From NCBI GenBank assembly GCA_900316625.1, contig ONDO01000002.1, positions 2,828-66,827 on the forward strand: 64,000 nt of DNA, in the 5' to 3' direction. This document shows, one piece after another, positions 37,692-48,121 of the stretch. The stretch comes from an uncultured Lachnospiraceae bacterium (lineage in GTDB: Bacteria; Bacillota; Clostridia; Lachnospirales; Lachnospiraceae). Under the pieces are notes generated by a model. The model ran no database searches. It was not told the DNA's origin and saw only the letters and a program-made list of their open reading frames with translations. A program made the position numbers and the translations under genes. The stretch's first letter is position 1; each line of letters opens with the position of its first letter.

Positions 37692-39101
37692 ATGAAGGAA
37701 AAAGCAGTTGTATCCGATATCAATCGGAGCATGTATGATTTCCGGTATTCCGATGAGGATGCGTTTAAGCTGGAACAGGGCCTGACTCCGGAAATCGTTG
37801 CACAGATTTCAAAAGAAAAAAATGATCCCGAATGGATGGCTGACTTCCGTCAGAAATCTCTCGAGATTTATAACCGTATGGAGATGCCCAACTGGGGCCC
37901 TTCCATCCAAGGACTGGATATGGATCATATCCTGACCTATGTTCGTCCGAAGGATAATAAGATGCAGAACGATTGGAATGATGTTCCGACTGATATCAAG
38001 GATACTTTCGAGAAGCTTGGTATCCCTCAGGCAGAGAGAGAATCCCTGGCTGGTGTCGGCGCACAGTACGATTCCGAACTTGTATATCACAATGTGAAGA
38101 AGGAAGTCGCAGAGCAGGGTGTTATCTACTCTGATGTAGAATCCGCTCTCTGGGGTCCCTATGGTGATATGATCCGTGAGCACTTCATGAAGCTGATCAC
38201 TCCCAATGATCATAAATTTGCAGCACTGCATGGTGCGGTATGGTCCGGTGGTTCCTTCGTCTATGTTCCGGCTGGTGTTAAGGTGGAGATTCCTCTTCAG
38301 TCTTACTTCCGTCTGAATGCAGCAGGTGCAGGACAGTTCGAGCATACCCTGATCATCGTTGAAGAAGGCGCAGACCTTCACTTCATCGAGGGATGTTCCG
38401 CGCCTAAGTACAATGTTGCAAACCTGCACGCAGGTGCAGTTGAACTCTTCGTTGGTAAGAATGCAAAGCTTCGTTATTCCACCATCGAGAACTGGTCTAA
38501 GAACATGTACAACCTCAACACCAAGCGTGCCAAGGTGGAAGAGGGCGGTAAGATCGAATGGATCTCCGGTTCCTTCGGTTCTCATGTATCTTATCTCTAT
38601 CCTATGTCCGTACTGAACGGCAAGGGTGCGAGATCTGAGTTCTCCGGTGTCACCTTCGCAGGTGCCGGCCAGAACCTGGATACCGGATGTAAGGTGCTCC
38701 ATAACGCACCCGAGACTTCCTCTTACGTGAATACCCGTTCCATCTCTAAGGGTGGCGGTATCTCTACCTTCCGTTCTTCTGTTGTTATGACCAGGAATGC
38801 AGAAGGCTCCAAGGCGTCCGTAAGCTGCGCATCTCTGATGCTGGATGATATCTCCAGATCCGATACCATTCCTGCAATGGACATTCGTACTCCGAATGCA
38901 GATGTAGGACATGAAGCAAAGATTGGTCGTATCTCTGATGAGACCGTCTTCTATCTTATGTCCCGTGGTATGAGTGAAGAGGATGCAAGAGCCCTTATTG
39001 TTTCAGGATTCGCTGACAATGTAGGTAAGGAACTTCCTCTGGAGTATGCAGTTGAGATGAACAACCTCATCCGCCTCGAGATGAAGGGTGCGATCAGTTA
39101 A
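37692..39101 (+). CDS. sufB: Fe-S assembly protein SufB
   Basis: AQYDSE, WSGGSF, GQFEHTL, EGCSAP, LHAG, HEAK. Confidence 0.96.
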   Translation: MKEKAVVSDINRSMYDFRYSDEDAFKLEQGLTPEIVAQISKEKNDPEWMADFRQKSLEIYNRMEMPNWGPSIQGLDMDHILTYVRPKDNKMQNDWNDVPTDIKDTFEKLGIPQAERESLAGVGAQYDSELVYHNVKKEVAEQGVIYSDVESALWGPYGDMIREHFMKLITPNDHKFAALHGAVWSGGSFVYVPAGVKVEIPLQSYFRLNAAGAGQFEHTLIIVEEGADLHFIEGCSAPKYNVANLHAGAVELFVGKNAKLRYSTIENWSKNMYNLNTKRAKVEEGGKIEWISGSFGSHVSYLYPMSVLNGKGARSEFSGVTFAGAGQNLDTGCKVLHNAPETSSYVNTRSISKGGGISTFRSSVVMTRNAEGSKASVSCASLMLDDISRSDTIPAMDIRTPNADVGHEAKIGRISDETVFYLMSRGMSEEDARALIVSGFADNVGKELPLEYAVEMNNLIRLEMKGAIS

Positions 39102-39114
39102 GGAGATTGGAAGA

Positions 39115-40182
39115 ATGGAAAACATGAATATGATTCTGAACCAGATTCCAAGCCCTACCTGGAACTGGCTCCACATGAATGAAACACAGGTAGACAATGT
39201 CGCAGTAGGAAGTCAGGGCAGGATCCTGTCCGACATTCCCGGTGGCGTATCTGTGAAGGAAGAAAACAAGGCGGGTCTTAATGACAAGACGGCGCTCGGA
39301 GAGGATATGGATCGCCTGATCGTATCTTCCGGCTGTAAGGTGCTTAGCATCCGTAGAGAGAAGGAAGCGTCTGACTCCGGAGAACCGGTTCGCCTTACAT
39401 TTAACTATGAGGCGGATAAGGCAGCTGCAAATGCGGTTGAGATCTATGTGGAAGAAGGTGCAGAACTTACTGTGATCATGAATTTCGAGTCTACAAGAGA
39501 TGCAGCTGCTACTGCAGCGGTCCAGACCCGTTATCATGTTGCAAAGGATGCACGTCTTACCCTGGTACAGGTCGAGAAGCTTGGCGACAAGTTCACTTTC
39601 CTGAATGATATCGGTGGTGAGGTGGATGAACTTGGTAACTTCACCCTGACCCAGCTTGTCCTGAGCGGCAAGAACACCTATCAGGGTGCCTATAATAATC
39701 TGACCGGCAAGAAGGCTTCGCTTCAGACGGACATCGGATATATGGTGCTCTCTGATCAGGTTCTGGATATGAACTATGTTGCATATCATACCGGTAAGAA
39801 GACCAAGTGTGTTATGAATGCTGACGGTGTTCTTCGTGGCAATGCAAAGAAGGTATTCCGTGGAACCATCGACTTCAGAAGAGGTTGTGCCGGTGCCAAG
39901 GGTGATGAACTCGAGAATGTCCTTCTCATGGACGATGATGTCATCAACCAGACCATCCCTGTCATCCTCTGTGATGAAGAAGATGTTGAAGGTAATCATG
40001 GCGCTTCCATCGGTAAGTTGGATGAGAGCCTGATGTTCTATCTGTCCTCCAGAGGAATGGATGAGAGCGAGATCTATGAGATGATGGCTCGTGCAAGAAT
40101 CGATGCAGTGACTGCCAAGATTGCTGATGCACAGACCCGTGAAGAGATTGCCCAATATCTTGGAGATGCAATCGAAGAGTAA
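39115..40182 (+). CDS. sufD: Fe-S assembly protein SufD-like
   Basis: SufBD C-terminal motifs FRGTI, EEDVEGNHGAS, FYLSSRG; operon position. Confidence 0.88.
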   Translation: MENMNMILNQIPSPTWNWLHMNETQVDNVAVGSQGRILSDIPGGVSVKEENKAGLNDKTALGEDMDRLIVSSGCKVLSIRREKEASDSGEPVRLTFNYEADKAAANAVEIYVEEGAELTVIMNFESTRDAAATAAVQTRYHVAKDARLTLVQVEKLGDKFTFLNDIGGEVDELGNFTLTQLVLSGKNTYQGAYNNLTGKKASLQTDIGYMVLSDQVLDMNYVAYHTGKKTKCVMNADGVLRGNAKKVFRGTIDFRRGCAGAKGDELENVLLMDDDVINQTIPVILCDEEDVEGNHGASIGKLDESLMFYLSSRGMDESEIYEMMARARIDAVTAKIADAQTREEIAQYLGDAIEE

Positions 40183-40191
40183 GGAAGAGAA

Positions 40192-41415
40192 ATGACGAAA
40201 GAAGATCAGAAGATCAAGGAAGAATTTCCGGTTCTCATCAACCGTAAGATCGTTTACCTTGATAATGCTGCAACGACTCAGAAGCCGCCTTGCGTAACGG
40301 CTGCTGTCGACGAATATTACCAGAAGAATAATGCAAATCCCATGCGAGGACTCTACGAGCTCTCCATCGATGCAACCAATGTATATGAGCATGCAAGAGA
40401 GACGGTTGCCGGATTCATTCACGCATCTCGTCCGGAGGAAGTTATCTTCACCCGCAATGCAACAGAGAGTCTGAACCTGGTAGCTTATGCCTATGGTATG
40501 CACGAGCTTAAGGCTGGAGATGAGATCATCACAACCGTGATGGAACACCACAGTGATATGCTGCCCTGGCAGCAGGTTGCGAAGGCAACCGGTGCGACCA
40601 TCACCTATCTCGAGCCGGATCAGGATGGGAATATGCCGCTCTCCCGTCTTGAAGAGAAGATCTCTGACAAGACGAAGATCGTTGCCATGACACAGGTGTC
40701 TAACATCTTTGGCCGTACCAACGATGTGAAGAGCTTTGCGGCTCTTGCACATAAGTACGGTGCGGTCTTTGTTTGCGACGGAGCCCAGTCTGTACCTCAT
40801 ATGCCCGTGGATGTTCAGGATCTCGATGTAGACTTCCTTGCTTTCTCCGGTCATAAGATGTATGCGCCCATGGGAATCGGCGTACTCTACGGCAGGTACG
40901 AGATCTTAGATAAGATGGAGCCCTTCCTCTTCGGTGGTGAGATGATCGAATATGTTCGTCTCGATGGAGCCACCTATGCGGAAGTTCCTCATAAGTTCGA
41001 AGCCGGCACTGTAAATGTTGGTGGAGCAGTAGGCCTCGAGGCCGCAATTCATTTCATAGAGCGTTTCGGATTCGAGAAGATTGAGGAGCGCGAGAACCAG
41101 CTTACCAAGCTTGCCATGGATGCCATCAGGGAGATTCCTCATGTGCATGTCTTAGGCTCCGAAGATCCTTACGATCATCATGGAATTGTAACCTTCGCTA
41201 TCGACGGCGTACATCCCCATGACATCGCTGAGATTTTCTCCAGCCAGAACATCGCAGTCAGAGCTGGCCATCACTGCGCACAGCCTCTGCACAAGTTCCT
41301 TGGCGTCATGTCCACGACCAGAGCTTCCTTCGCCTTCTACAACAACGAAGAAGATGTCGAAGCCTTCCTTTCCTGCCTTGGCAGGATCAGAAGCGAGATG
41401 GGATACGAGGACTAA
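40192..41415 (+). CDS. sufS: Cysteine desulfurase SufS
   Basis: YLDNAATTQKP, MEHHS, FSGHKM, RAGHHCA. Confidence 0.96.
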   Translation: MTKEDQKIKEEFPVLINRKIVYLDNAATTQKPPCVTAAVDEYYQKNNANPMRGLYELSIDATNVYEHARETVAGFIHASRPEEVIFTRNATESLNLVAYAYGMHELKAGDEIITTVMEHHSDMLPWQQVAKATGATITYLEPDQDGNMPLSRLEEKISDKTKIVAMTQVSNIFGRTNDVKSFAALAHKYGAVFVCDGAQSVPHMPVDVQDLDVDFLAFSGHKMYAPMGIGVLYGRYEILDKMEPFLFGGEMIEYVRLDGATYAEVPHKFEAGTVNVGGAVGLEAAIHFIERFGFEKIEERENQLTKLAMDAIREIPHVHVLGSEDPYDHHGIVTFAIDGVHPHDIAEIFSSQNIAVRAGHHCAQPLHKFLGVMSTTRASFAFYNNEEDVEAFLSCLGRIRSEMGYED

Positions 41416-41474
41416 GTCAGAGATATAGATCAACCCGTAAGGGAATATCAGGTTTCTAGTTCAGGAGGTTATTC

Positions 41475-41909
41475 ATGCCTGCAAATAATACTTTCTATAA
41501 CGAGATCATTACGGATCACAACATCCATCCCGTACACAAGAAGAAAATTGAAGGAGCTAACTTATCCCTCGAGGGTGTAAATCCTTCTTGTGGTGATGAC
41601 ATCACACTCTCTCTCAAGGTAGAGAATGGAGAAGTTGTGGACGGTGGATTCGAGGGTGATGGCTGTGCTATCTCTCAGGCATCTGCAGACATGATGCTTG
41701 ACCTCATCATCGGACGTTCGGTTGATGAAGCGAAGAGACTCGGCGAGATCTTCCATCGTATGATCACCGGAAGCATTACCGAAGAAGAACATGAAGAACT
41801 TGAAGAAGCCGGTATCCTCCAGGATATCGCCCACATGCCTGCCCGCACCAAGTGCGCGGTACTCGGCTGGCACACCATGGACGAGATGCTGAAGGAGGAT
41901 GAAGCGTGA
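41475..41909 (+). CDS. sufU: SufU scaffold/sulfur-transfer protein
   Basis: NPSCGD, GCAISQASA, RTKCA. Confidence 0.95.
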   Translation: MPANNTFYNEIITDHNIHPVHKKKIEGANLSLEGVNPSCGDDITLSLKVENGEVVDGGFEGDGCAISQASADMMLDLIIGRSVDEAKRLGEIFHRMITGSITEEEHEELEEAGILQDIAHMPARTKCAVLGWHTMDEMLKEDEA

Positions 41910-42700
41910 GAGCAGAAGACAGAATTGCGATGTTTTTCGACATCGATGGAACTTTAATCGGTGATGATCATACAATTCCGGATTCCGCACGACAGGCGAT
42001 TGAGGAAGCAAGACGGCTTGGCCATCTTGCTTTTATCAATTCCGGCAGATGTTATTCCATGCTGCGTACTTTCGAGTCTCAGATTGAGATGGACGGTATG
42101 CTGGCTGGCTGTGGTACAGAGATTGTAATTGACGGCAAACGAACTTTCTATAAGGCAGTCTCTCATGAGACCACCAGACGTCTGATTGAAGCTGATTATA
42201 AATATAAGGCAGCCTTTGTCCTGGAGGGCTCCGATAGTGTGCATTATCGTGAGAATCCTGTCGGACTTCCGGATGTAGAACGCGTTCGTAAGATGACGGC
42301 AGATATTGGTGCAGTTTCATCTGAACCTTATGAAGGAGAATACGAGATTTCCAAGTTCTGCATTCAGACAGATGAGAACAGTGATATCGAAGGTATTAAG
42401 GCGGAGTTCGGTGAGGAGTTCGATATTGTATATCGTGGACATGGGTTCTATGAGTGTGTTCCCAGAGGATTCACCAAGGGAACGGCTCTTCTTCTACTTC
42501 TTGAAGAATGTAATATTCGCCCGGAGAATGCCTATGTATTCGGCGATTCCTCGAATGATCTTGCTATGTTCGAAGTTTGCAGGAATGCAATCTCTATGAA
42601 GCAGCATGACAAGGTACTTGATCCATACACGACGTATGTGACGGACACACCGGAGAATGATGGCATCATGAAAGCAATGAAACACTTTTCTATCATTTAG
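41906..42700 (+). CDS. Cof-type HAD hydrolase
   Basis: FDIDGTL, NSGR, KG, FGDSSNDLAM. Confidence 0.92.
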   Translation: MRAEDRIAMFFDIDGTLIGDDHTIPDSARQAIEEARRLGHLAFINSGRCYSMLRTFESQIEMDGMLAGCGTEIVIDGKRTFYKAVSHETTRRLIEADYKYKAAFVLEGSDSVHYRENPVGLPDVERVRKMTADIGAVSSEPYEGEYEISKFCIQTDENSDIEGIKAEFGEEFDIVYRGHGFYECVPRGFTKGTALLLLLEECNIRPENAYVFGDSSNDLAMFEVCRNAISMKQHDKVLDPYTTYVTDTPENDGIMKAMKHFSII

Positions 42701-42782
42701 TTATACTAATTCTTTCGCTTGCATTATCTGGCCTAGGTGCAATAATAGAAGAACCATGGGACTACTTTACAAGGGGAGCGAA

Positions 42783-44753
42783 ATGATCTCAACCATAGAA
42801 AGCATGTCATTTGACGCAAGTGCGATCGTACTTGGACTCTTTTGTATTATCTTTCTGATTATCAATCGTAGATTTCATACCAGGCACACCGTTCTCTTTC
42901 TTACGATAATGCTTGTGCTGGTATTCTCTGCGACGGCTGACCTCTGGACCGGAGCACTGGAATATCTGGGGTTAACCTTACGGAGATTACCGGAAACCAT
43001 TGCATGGGAGACTCACTACTTCTTCTTCCATTCGCTTCTGGGTGTTCTGGTCATGCTCTATGTCATGTCCGTCAATGGCTCCATCCGTAATAAGCCCCGC
43101 TGGTGGAAGATTCTCTTATGCATTCCGACGATTGCACAGGAGGTCTTCATTCTCTTAAATCCCATCCACAATCGTGTTTTCTATTACGATGCGGCAGGTC
43201 ACTTCACAAGAGGTGATCTGGAAATCGTAATCTATGTGATTAATGCAGTCTATGTTCTGGGTGGTATTATCAATCTGATTCGCTACCGGGAAGCTGTAAC
43301 GCCGCGTGTGCTCTACAGCATGATCTACTTCTTCATCGCTGCTATGGTTGGTGTTAGCATTCAGTTCTTCTTCCAGGAGATGAAGGTAGAACTCTTTGCG
43401 GAAGTTATGGCACTGCTTGGCACCATGATGGTAATCGAGAATACAGAATCAGCAAGAGACCCGGAGGCGAATGCTCTTACCAGGAATGCCTTTCTGATCG
43501 ATCTTACACGTCTTATTGAAACCAATACCCACTTTCATATCGTAGCTGTTCGTATCAAGAATCTGGATCTCTATGCTCGTATTCTGCCCCAGAAGAATCA
43601 GAAGACACTGATACAGAGCGTGAATGGTTTCCTCTCAAGACTTGCCCGAAGACTGGATGTCTACTACATCAGAAGGGGTGTCTTCGTCTGTATCTTCTTC
43701 TGCCAGGATGACGAGGTGAAGGCAAATACAGAGAAGATAAGAGAGAGGTTCTCTGATGGCTGGGTGTGTGGAGACATGTCTGTTGTGTTTGATGCGGTTC
43801 TTGCAGAAGCGGCCATTCCTCAGGATATCAAGAATCAGGATGAGATTATTTCTCTTCTGGATGCGGATTTCGATAAGGCAGGTGCAGGGGTTCAGATCTT
43901 AGAGGGTGAAGATTTCGCATATCTGAGCCGGGAGAAGGACGTAGAGAATGCTCTTCGTCATGCTCTTAGTGAAGGAAGTTTAAGGGTCTTCTATCAGCCG
44001 ATCTGGAATTCTAAGACCCATAAGATTACGACGGCAGAAGCTCTGGTGCGTATGATTACTCCGGAACTTGGCTTTGTATCACCTGCGGAATTCATTCCCG
44101 TTGCAGAGAGCAGTGGTCTTATTAATGAATTAGGAAAGTTTGTCTTCGAGGAATCCTGCAGGCTATATGCTGAGAATCATCTCGAAGAACTTGGCATCGA
44201 ATATATCGAAGTCAATATGTCCATCTATCAGCTTATGAAGAATGGTCTCCAGAATGATTTTGAGGAGATTCTTGCCAGGTATCATCTGACACCGGATCGA
44301 ATTAACCTGGAGATCACGGAGACAGCTGATCTGGAAGGATCAGATGATTTTATTGAGAATATACGTGAACTTCAGGAGTTTGGTTTTGGTTTCTCCATGG
44401 ATGATTTCGGAACGGGTTATTCGAATCTGTCAGACGCTATGAAGAAACGTTATAAGAACCTGAAGATTGATATCAGTCTTCTTCGGGACGCAGACAATGA
44501 TGTGAATTCGAGACTCTTGCTTTCGAACCTGATCTGGTCCTTCGGATCCATGGGATACCAGGTGGTACAGGAAGGTGTAGAGGACAAGAAGCAGTTGGAA
44601 TTCGTTGTTCGCGCAGGTGCAAACCTGATTCAGGGATACTATTTCTCTAAGCCACTGCCTCCTCAGGAATTCCTGGAATATATCAGGAATTTCGAGGAAC
44701 ATTGTCCTGATCTCTCAGGGATTCCGGAAGCCATTAGTATTTCTGGGGCATAA
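42783..44753 (+). CDS. Membrane-bound EAL-domain c-di-GMP phosphodiesterase with degenerate GGDEF domain
   Basis: About 7 N-terminal TMs; GGDEF position reads RRGVF; YQP, EAL, EITE, DDFGTGYS, EGVE, QGYYFS. Confidence 0.9.
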   Translation: MISTIESMSFDASAIVLGLFCIIFLIINRRFHTRHTVLFLTIMLVLVFSATADLWTGALEYLGLTLRRLPETIAWETHYFFFHSLLGVLVMLYVMSVNGSIRNKPRWWKILLCIPTIAQEVFILLNPIHNRVFYYDAAGHFTRGDLEIVIYVINAVYVLGGIINLIRYREAVTPRVLYSMIYFFIAAMVGVSIQFFFQEMKVELFAEVMALLGTMMVIENTESARDPEANALTRNAFLIDLTRLIETNTHFHIVAVRIKNLDLYARILPQKNQKTLIQSVNGFLSRLARRLDVYYIRRGVFVCIFFCQDDEVKANTEKIRERFSDGWVCGDMSVVFDAVLAEAAIPQDIKNQDEIISLLDADFDKAGAGVQILEGEDFAYLSREKDVENALRHALSEGSLRVFYQPIWNSKTHKITTAEALVRMITPELGFVSPAEFIPVAESSGLINELGKFVFEESCRLYAENHLEELGIEYIEVNMSIYQLMKNGLQNDFEEILARYHLTPDRINLEITETADLEGSDDFIENIRELQEFGFGFSMDDFGTGYSNLSDAMKKRYKNLKIDISLLRDADNDVNSRLLLSNLIWSFGSMGYQVVQEGVEDKKQLEFVVRAGANLIQGYYFSKPLPPQEFLEYIRNFEEHCPDLSGIPEAISISGA

Positions 44754-44910
44754 AAATGTGCAATTCCGTGGATTTAGCAAAAAGAAACACGAATATGCAC
44801 TTTCGAAAAGGTTTCGTAGAGTTTATACTAACCTGGAGGGATGAAAGGTTGGGACGGTAAGAGGGGTGCCTGACCTGGAATAGATCTAGTCAAAATATAA
44901 GGAGAATACA

Positions 44911-46080
44911 ATGAGCGTTATTGATGAAGTACTCGCTGAGTTTAAAGCAAAGTTTGGTGATGAGGGGGATATCCGTTCTTACTTCGCTCCGGGTCGTGTG
45001 AATCTGATCGGTGAGCACACCGACTACAATGGTGGACATGTTTTCCCCTGTGCTCTGTCTATGGGTAATTACGCAGTCGCTCGCAAGAGAGATGATAATA
45101 TCGTTCGTTGGTACAATATGACCTATCCTAAGGATGGCGTTAAGGAAGCAGATATTACCAAGCTTGCTCCCAATGATAATGGAGTATGGTATGACTACCA
45201 GCAGGGCGTTATTTGGGCTTTTGAGAAGAATGGTTTCCACGTACCTGCAGGGTACGATATGGTAATGCTGTCTGACATGCCCGCCGGTTCCGGTCTGTCC
45301 GCATCTGCATCCATCGAGGAAGTTGCAGCGGTTATTCTCCGCGACCTCTTCGACATCGATATGACCATGGTTGATTGTGCGGTTATGGGTCAGTATTCCG
45401 AGAACGAATACAACGGAATGAACTGCGGTATCATGGATCAGTTCGCATCTGCAATGGGCAAGAAGGATCATGCAATCTTCCTTGACACTGCAACCATGGA
45501 GTATGAGTATGTTCCTCTCAACCTTAAGGATGAGAAGATCGTTATCACCAACTCCAAGGTAAAGCATGCACTTGCCGGTTCTGCATATAATGACAGAAGA
45601 CGTGAATCTGAAGAGGCTCTTGCAGATCTTCAGACCGTTCTTGATATCAAGACTCTTGGTGATCTCGATGAAGAGACCTATCTCGCGAATGAATCTGTCA
45701 TTAAGAATGAGATCAACAGGAAGAGGGCACATCATGCTGTCTTCGAGAATCAGAGAACTCTTAAGGCTGTTGAAGCACTTCGTGCAGATGATATCGAAGC
45801 TTTCGGCAAGCTTATGAATGAGTCCCATATTTCTCTTCGTGATGATTACGAAGTATCCTGCCCTGAACTTGATATTCTTGCAGCAGAGGCATGGAAACTT
45901 CCTTATGTTGTAGGCTCCCGTATGACCGGAGGCGGATTCGGTGGCTGCACTGTATCTATCGTTAAGGCTGATAAGGCAGACGCTTTCAAGGCTGCCATCA
46001 CCAAGGCTTATGAAAATGAGACCGGCAAGACCCCTGAGTTCTACATCGCAGATGCTGCTGATGGTGCAAGAAGACTCTAA
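44911..46080 (+). CDS. galK: Galactokinase
   Basis: APGRVNLIGEHTDYN, CGIMDQ, SRMTGGGFGGC. Confidence 0.96.
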   Translation: MSVIDEVLAEFKAKFGDEGDIRSYFAPGRVNLIGEHTDYNGGHVFPCALSMGNYAVARKRDDNIVRWYNMTYPKDGVKEADITKLAPNDNGVWYDYQQGVIWAFEKNGFHVPAGYDMVMLSDMPAGSGLSASASIEEVAAVILRDLFDIDMTMVDCAVMGQYSENEYNGMNCGIMDQFASAMGKKDHAIFLDTATMEYEYVPLNLKDEKIVITNSKVKHALAGSAYNDRRRESEEALADLQTVLDIKTLGDLDEETYLANESVIKNEINRKRAHHAVFENQRTLKAVEALRADDIEAFGKLMNESHISLRDDYEVSCPELDILAAEAWKLPYVVGSRMTGGGFGGCTVSIVKADKADAFKAAITKAYENETGKTPEFYIADAADGARRL

Positions 46081-46099
46081 TTCGATCCTTAGGATGTGG

Positions 46100-46136
46100 A
46101 AGATCCATTGCTGTTATGGCGGTGGATCTTTTTTTG
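46100..46136 (+). terminator. Rho-independent terminator
   Basis: AAGATCCA...TGGATCTT-TTTTT. Confidence 0.7.
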
Positions 46137-46205
46137 ATGAATATCGTATGCTACGCGCATGAGTCATTATATCTGCTACAATAGTTGGAAGACGGAGGTA
46201 ACAAA

Positions 46206-46406
46206 ATGAAACTGAACGAATTATCTGATGATGAACTTTCTATCCTGAATCTCTACCAGTACCTTTTGGCAGAGAATGAAGCGGATTATCAGATGGACAA
46301 GGAATATATCGAGAAGTACAAGGAAGGTAAGGACGCCGAGATCGTCAATTACTTCACTAATCTGATTTCTCATGTCGAAAAGGAACGTAAGACCATCAAT
46401 GGCTAA
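46206..46406 (+). CDS. Small hypothetical protein (66 aa)
   Basis: RBS GGAGGT 5 nt before ATG; host-like codon usage. Confidence 0.7.
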   Translation: MKLNELSDDELSILNLYQYLLAENEADYQMDKEYIEKYKEGKDAEIVNYFTNLISHVEKERKTING

Positions 46407-46556
46407 GTTCTATTGTGTGGCAATGATGAATTGCAATTGGCCTTTGATTGATATAGAATTGCATAATGTGAGCGCGAAACAGCACTCTGCTAAAATTACG
46501 TACATGACTACATAAGACAGGCATATGCCGGTCTTTGATCTAGGTGAGGATGAATT

Positions 46557-46808
46557 ATGTCTCAGCAGAAAGTTGAACAGAATAAGAAGTTAAAGCAGAA
46601 CCGTAAGAAGATTGTTGCTCGTGAGAAATGGATTCGCCGTCTCTGGGCTCTTCTCGGACTCGTACTTGCGCTCCTTATCATTGGATGGGTAGCATATTCT
46701 ATCCATGCTAAGGTAGAAGCAAATCGTAAGGCAAATCCTACGACAACAGAAGTGGATCTGTCGGATCTTATGAATTTCAACCTGGATAATGGCGATAGCG
46801 CAAAATGA
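46557..46808 (+). CDS. Small single-TM membrane protein
   Basis: Basic N-terminus MSQQKVEQNKK..., one TM, short acidic tail. Confidence 0.75.
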   Translation: MSQQKVEQNKKLKQNRKKIVAREKWIRRLWALLGLVLALLIIGWVAYSIHAKVEANRKANPTTTEVDLSDLMNFNLDNGDSAK

Positions 46809-46916
46809 TTTCGCCGAATCCGAAACTTCACGAACGGGAGAAAACCCGTATTTACGGGCTTTTCTACCAATCGATTCCAGAAATTGAAAAAAGATAAAAA
46901 ACTTTTGAAAAAAGTG

Positions 46917-46945
46917 TTGACACCAAGTATTGGATTCGATATTAT
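46917..46945 (+). promoter_or_regulatory. tRNA promoter
   Basis: TTGACA-N17-TATTAT with upstream A-tracts. Confidence 0.8.
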
Positions 46946-47001
46946 ATACAAGTCGTCAGCGATGAGGCAACAAACTTAAACAAACGACAGGTACAGAATA
47001 T

Positions 47002-47074
<73 letters not shown>

Positions 47075-47082
47075 CTCTCATG

Positions 47083-47118
47083 AAAAAGGGGGTCTCCGAT
47101 AAGGAGATCCCCTTTTTC
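47083..47118 (+). terminator. tRNA terminator
   Basis: AAAAAGGGGGTCTCC-gataa-GGAGATCCCCTTTTT. Confidence 0.85.
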
Positions 47119-47339
47119 ATGACCGCTTTTTCATGACCGGGAGCGCAGCTAAAGACTTCGAACCTTCGAAGTCCCGGCCGCACCTCGGTTGTCGCTATTG
47201 TTATAAATTGTGGCGTAAAACTCACAGGCTTGCCCGTGGGAGTAGTTAGTCACGTATTGTTCACGCATGGAATCATGGTTTCGTGATATAATCTTGGAAT
47301 TAAATAAGTAGCTGCGGGCTAGACTGGATTTATAGACAG

Positions 47340-47852
47340 ATGAGAAATCAACGTTTTTGGATCTGCATAACTTTATTTGTATTCTATGCAGTGATATTAT
47401 TCGGTATTCTTTTTATGAGACCGATATCATATTCGCCGGATATGTCTTTTAAGGAATATGCGGAACATGCGACGAATTTTGTGCCTTTCCACATGATTCG
47501 GAATTATATGATTGCGCTGAAGAACAATCGCATTGAACCTTATCTGGTATTTGCAAATATTATTGGTAATATCGTAATCTTCATTCCTTTGCCTATGCTC
47601 TTATCCGGACTTACAGGGCGGATCCTTCGCTGGATCAAGCTCTTTGGGATTGGGCTTTTGACCTTGATCTGCCTTGAGATCATACAGTTATTGACCAGAA
47701 GAGGGGCTTGCGATGTGGATGATGTCCTCTTGAATATGACGGGCATCCTCCTGGGATATCTGATCGTGCGTATCAACGCTCGTAAGAAGTATGGGATTCC
47801 GGTCCATAACAAGGAGCATGTTAAACCGGAGATGAAGCAGGATTTGGACTAA
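47340..47852 (+). CDS. VanZ family membrane protein
   Basis: NFVPF, GNIVIFIP, EIIQL, DVDDVLLN. Confidence 0.88.
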   Translation: MRNQRFWICITLFVFYAVILFGILFMRPISYSPDMSFKEYAEHATNFVPFHMIRNYMIALKNNRIEPYLVFANIIGNIVIFIPLPMLLSGLTGRILRWIKLFGIGLLTLICLEIIQLLTRRGACDVDDVLLNMTGILLGYLIVRINARKKYGIPVHNKEHVKPEMKQDLD

Positions 47853-48121
47853 GAATTGAATTCACTCAGGATAGGATCTTCGATAGTTATCGGAGGTCCT
47901 GTTTTTATGCCCTGACGCTTTTGGCGGGCAGGATGCGAAGCAGGATTTGCCCCAAACCCTTGCAAATGTTGTATTTTGACGACAGATTCATTACAATGAA
48001 ACGGATAATACATTCATATTGGGAAATTATCGGTTTGCCCTACATTTGCGAAGAAGCAGAGCCGGGAATCGAATCGTAATCGATAGGTTACCCTCCGGAT
48101 TCAAATAGATTGGAGTAACAC

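Noticed and set aside
46842-46864. Palindrome AAACCCGTATTTACGGGCTTT as a recombination site
   Set aside because: Single occurrence downstream of a gene; explained equally well as a weak terminator
47075-47340. Integrative element at the tRNA-Gly 3' end
   Set aside because: No integrase and no duplicated tRNA 3' end in the window; only a terminator, a short TTTTTCATGACCG duplication and an imperfect hairpin
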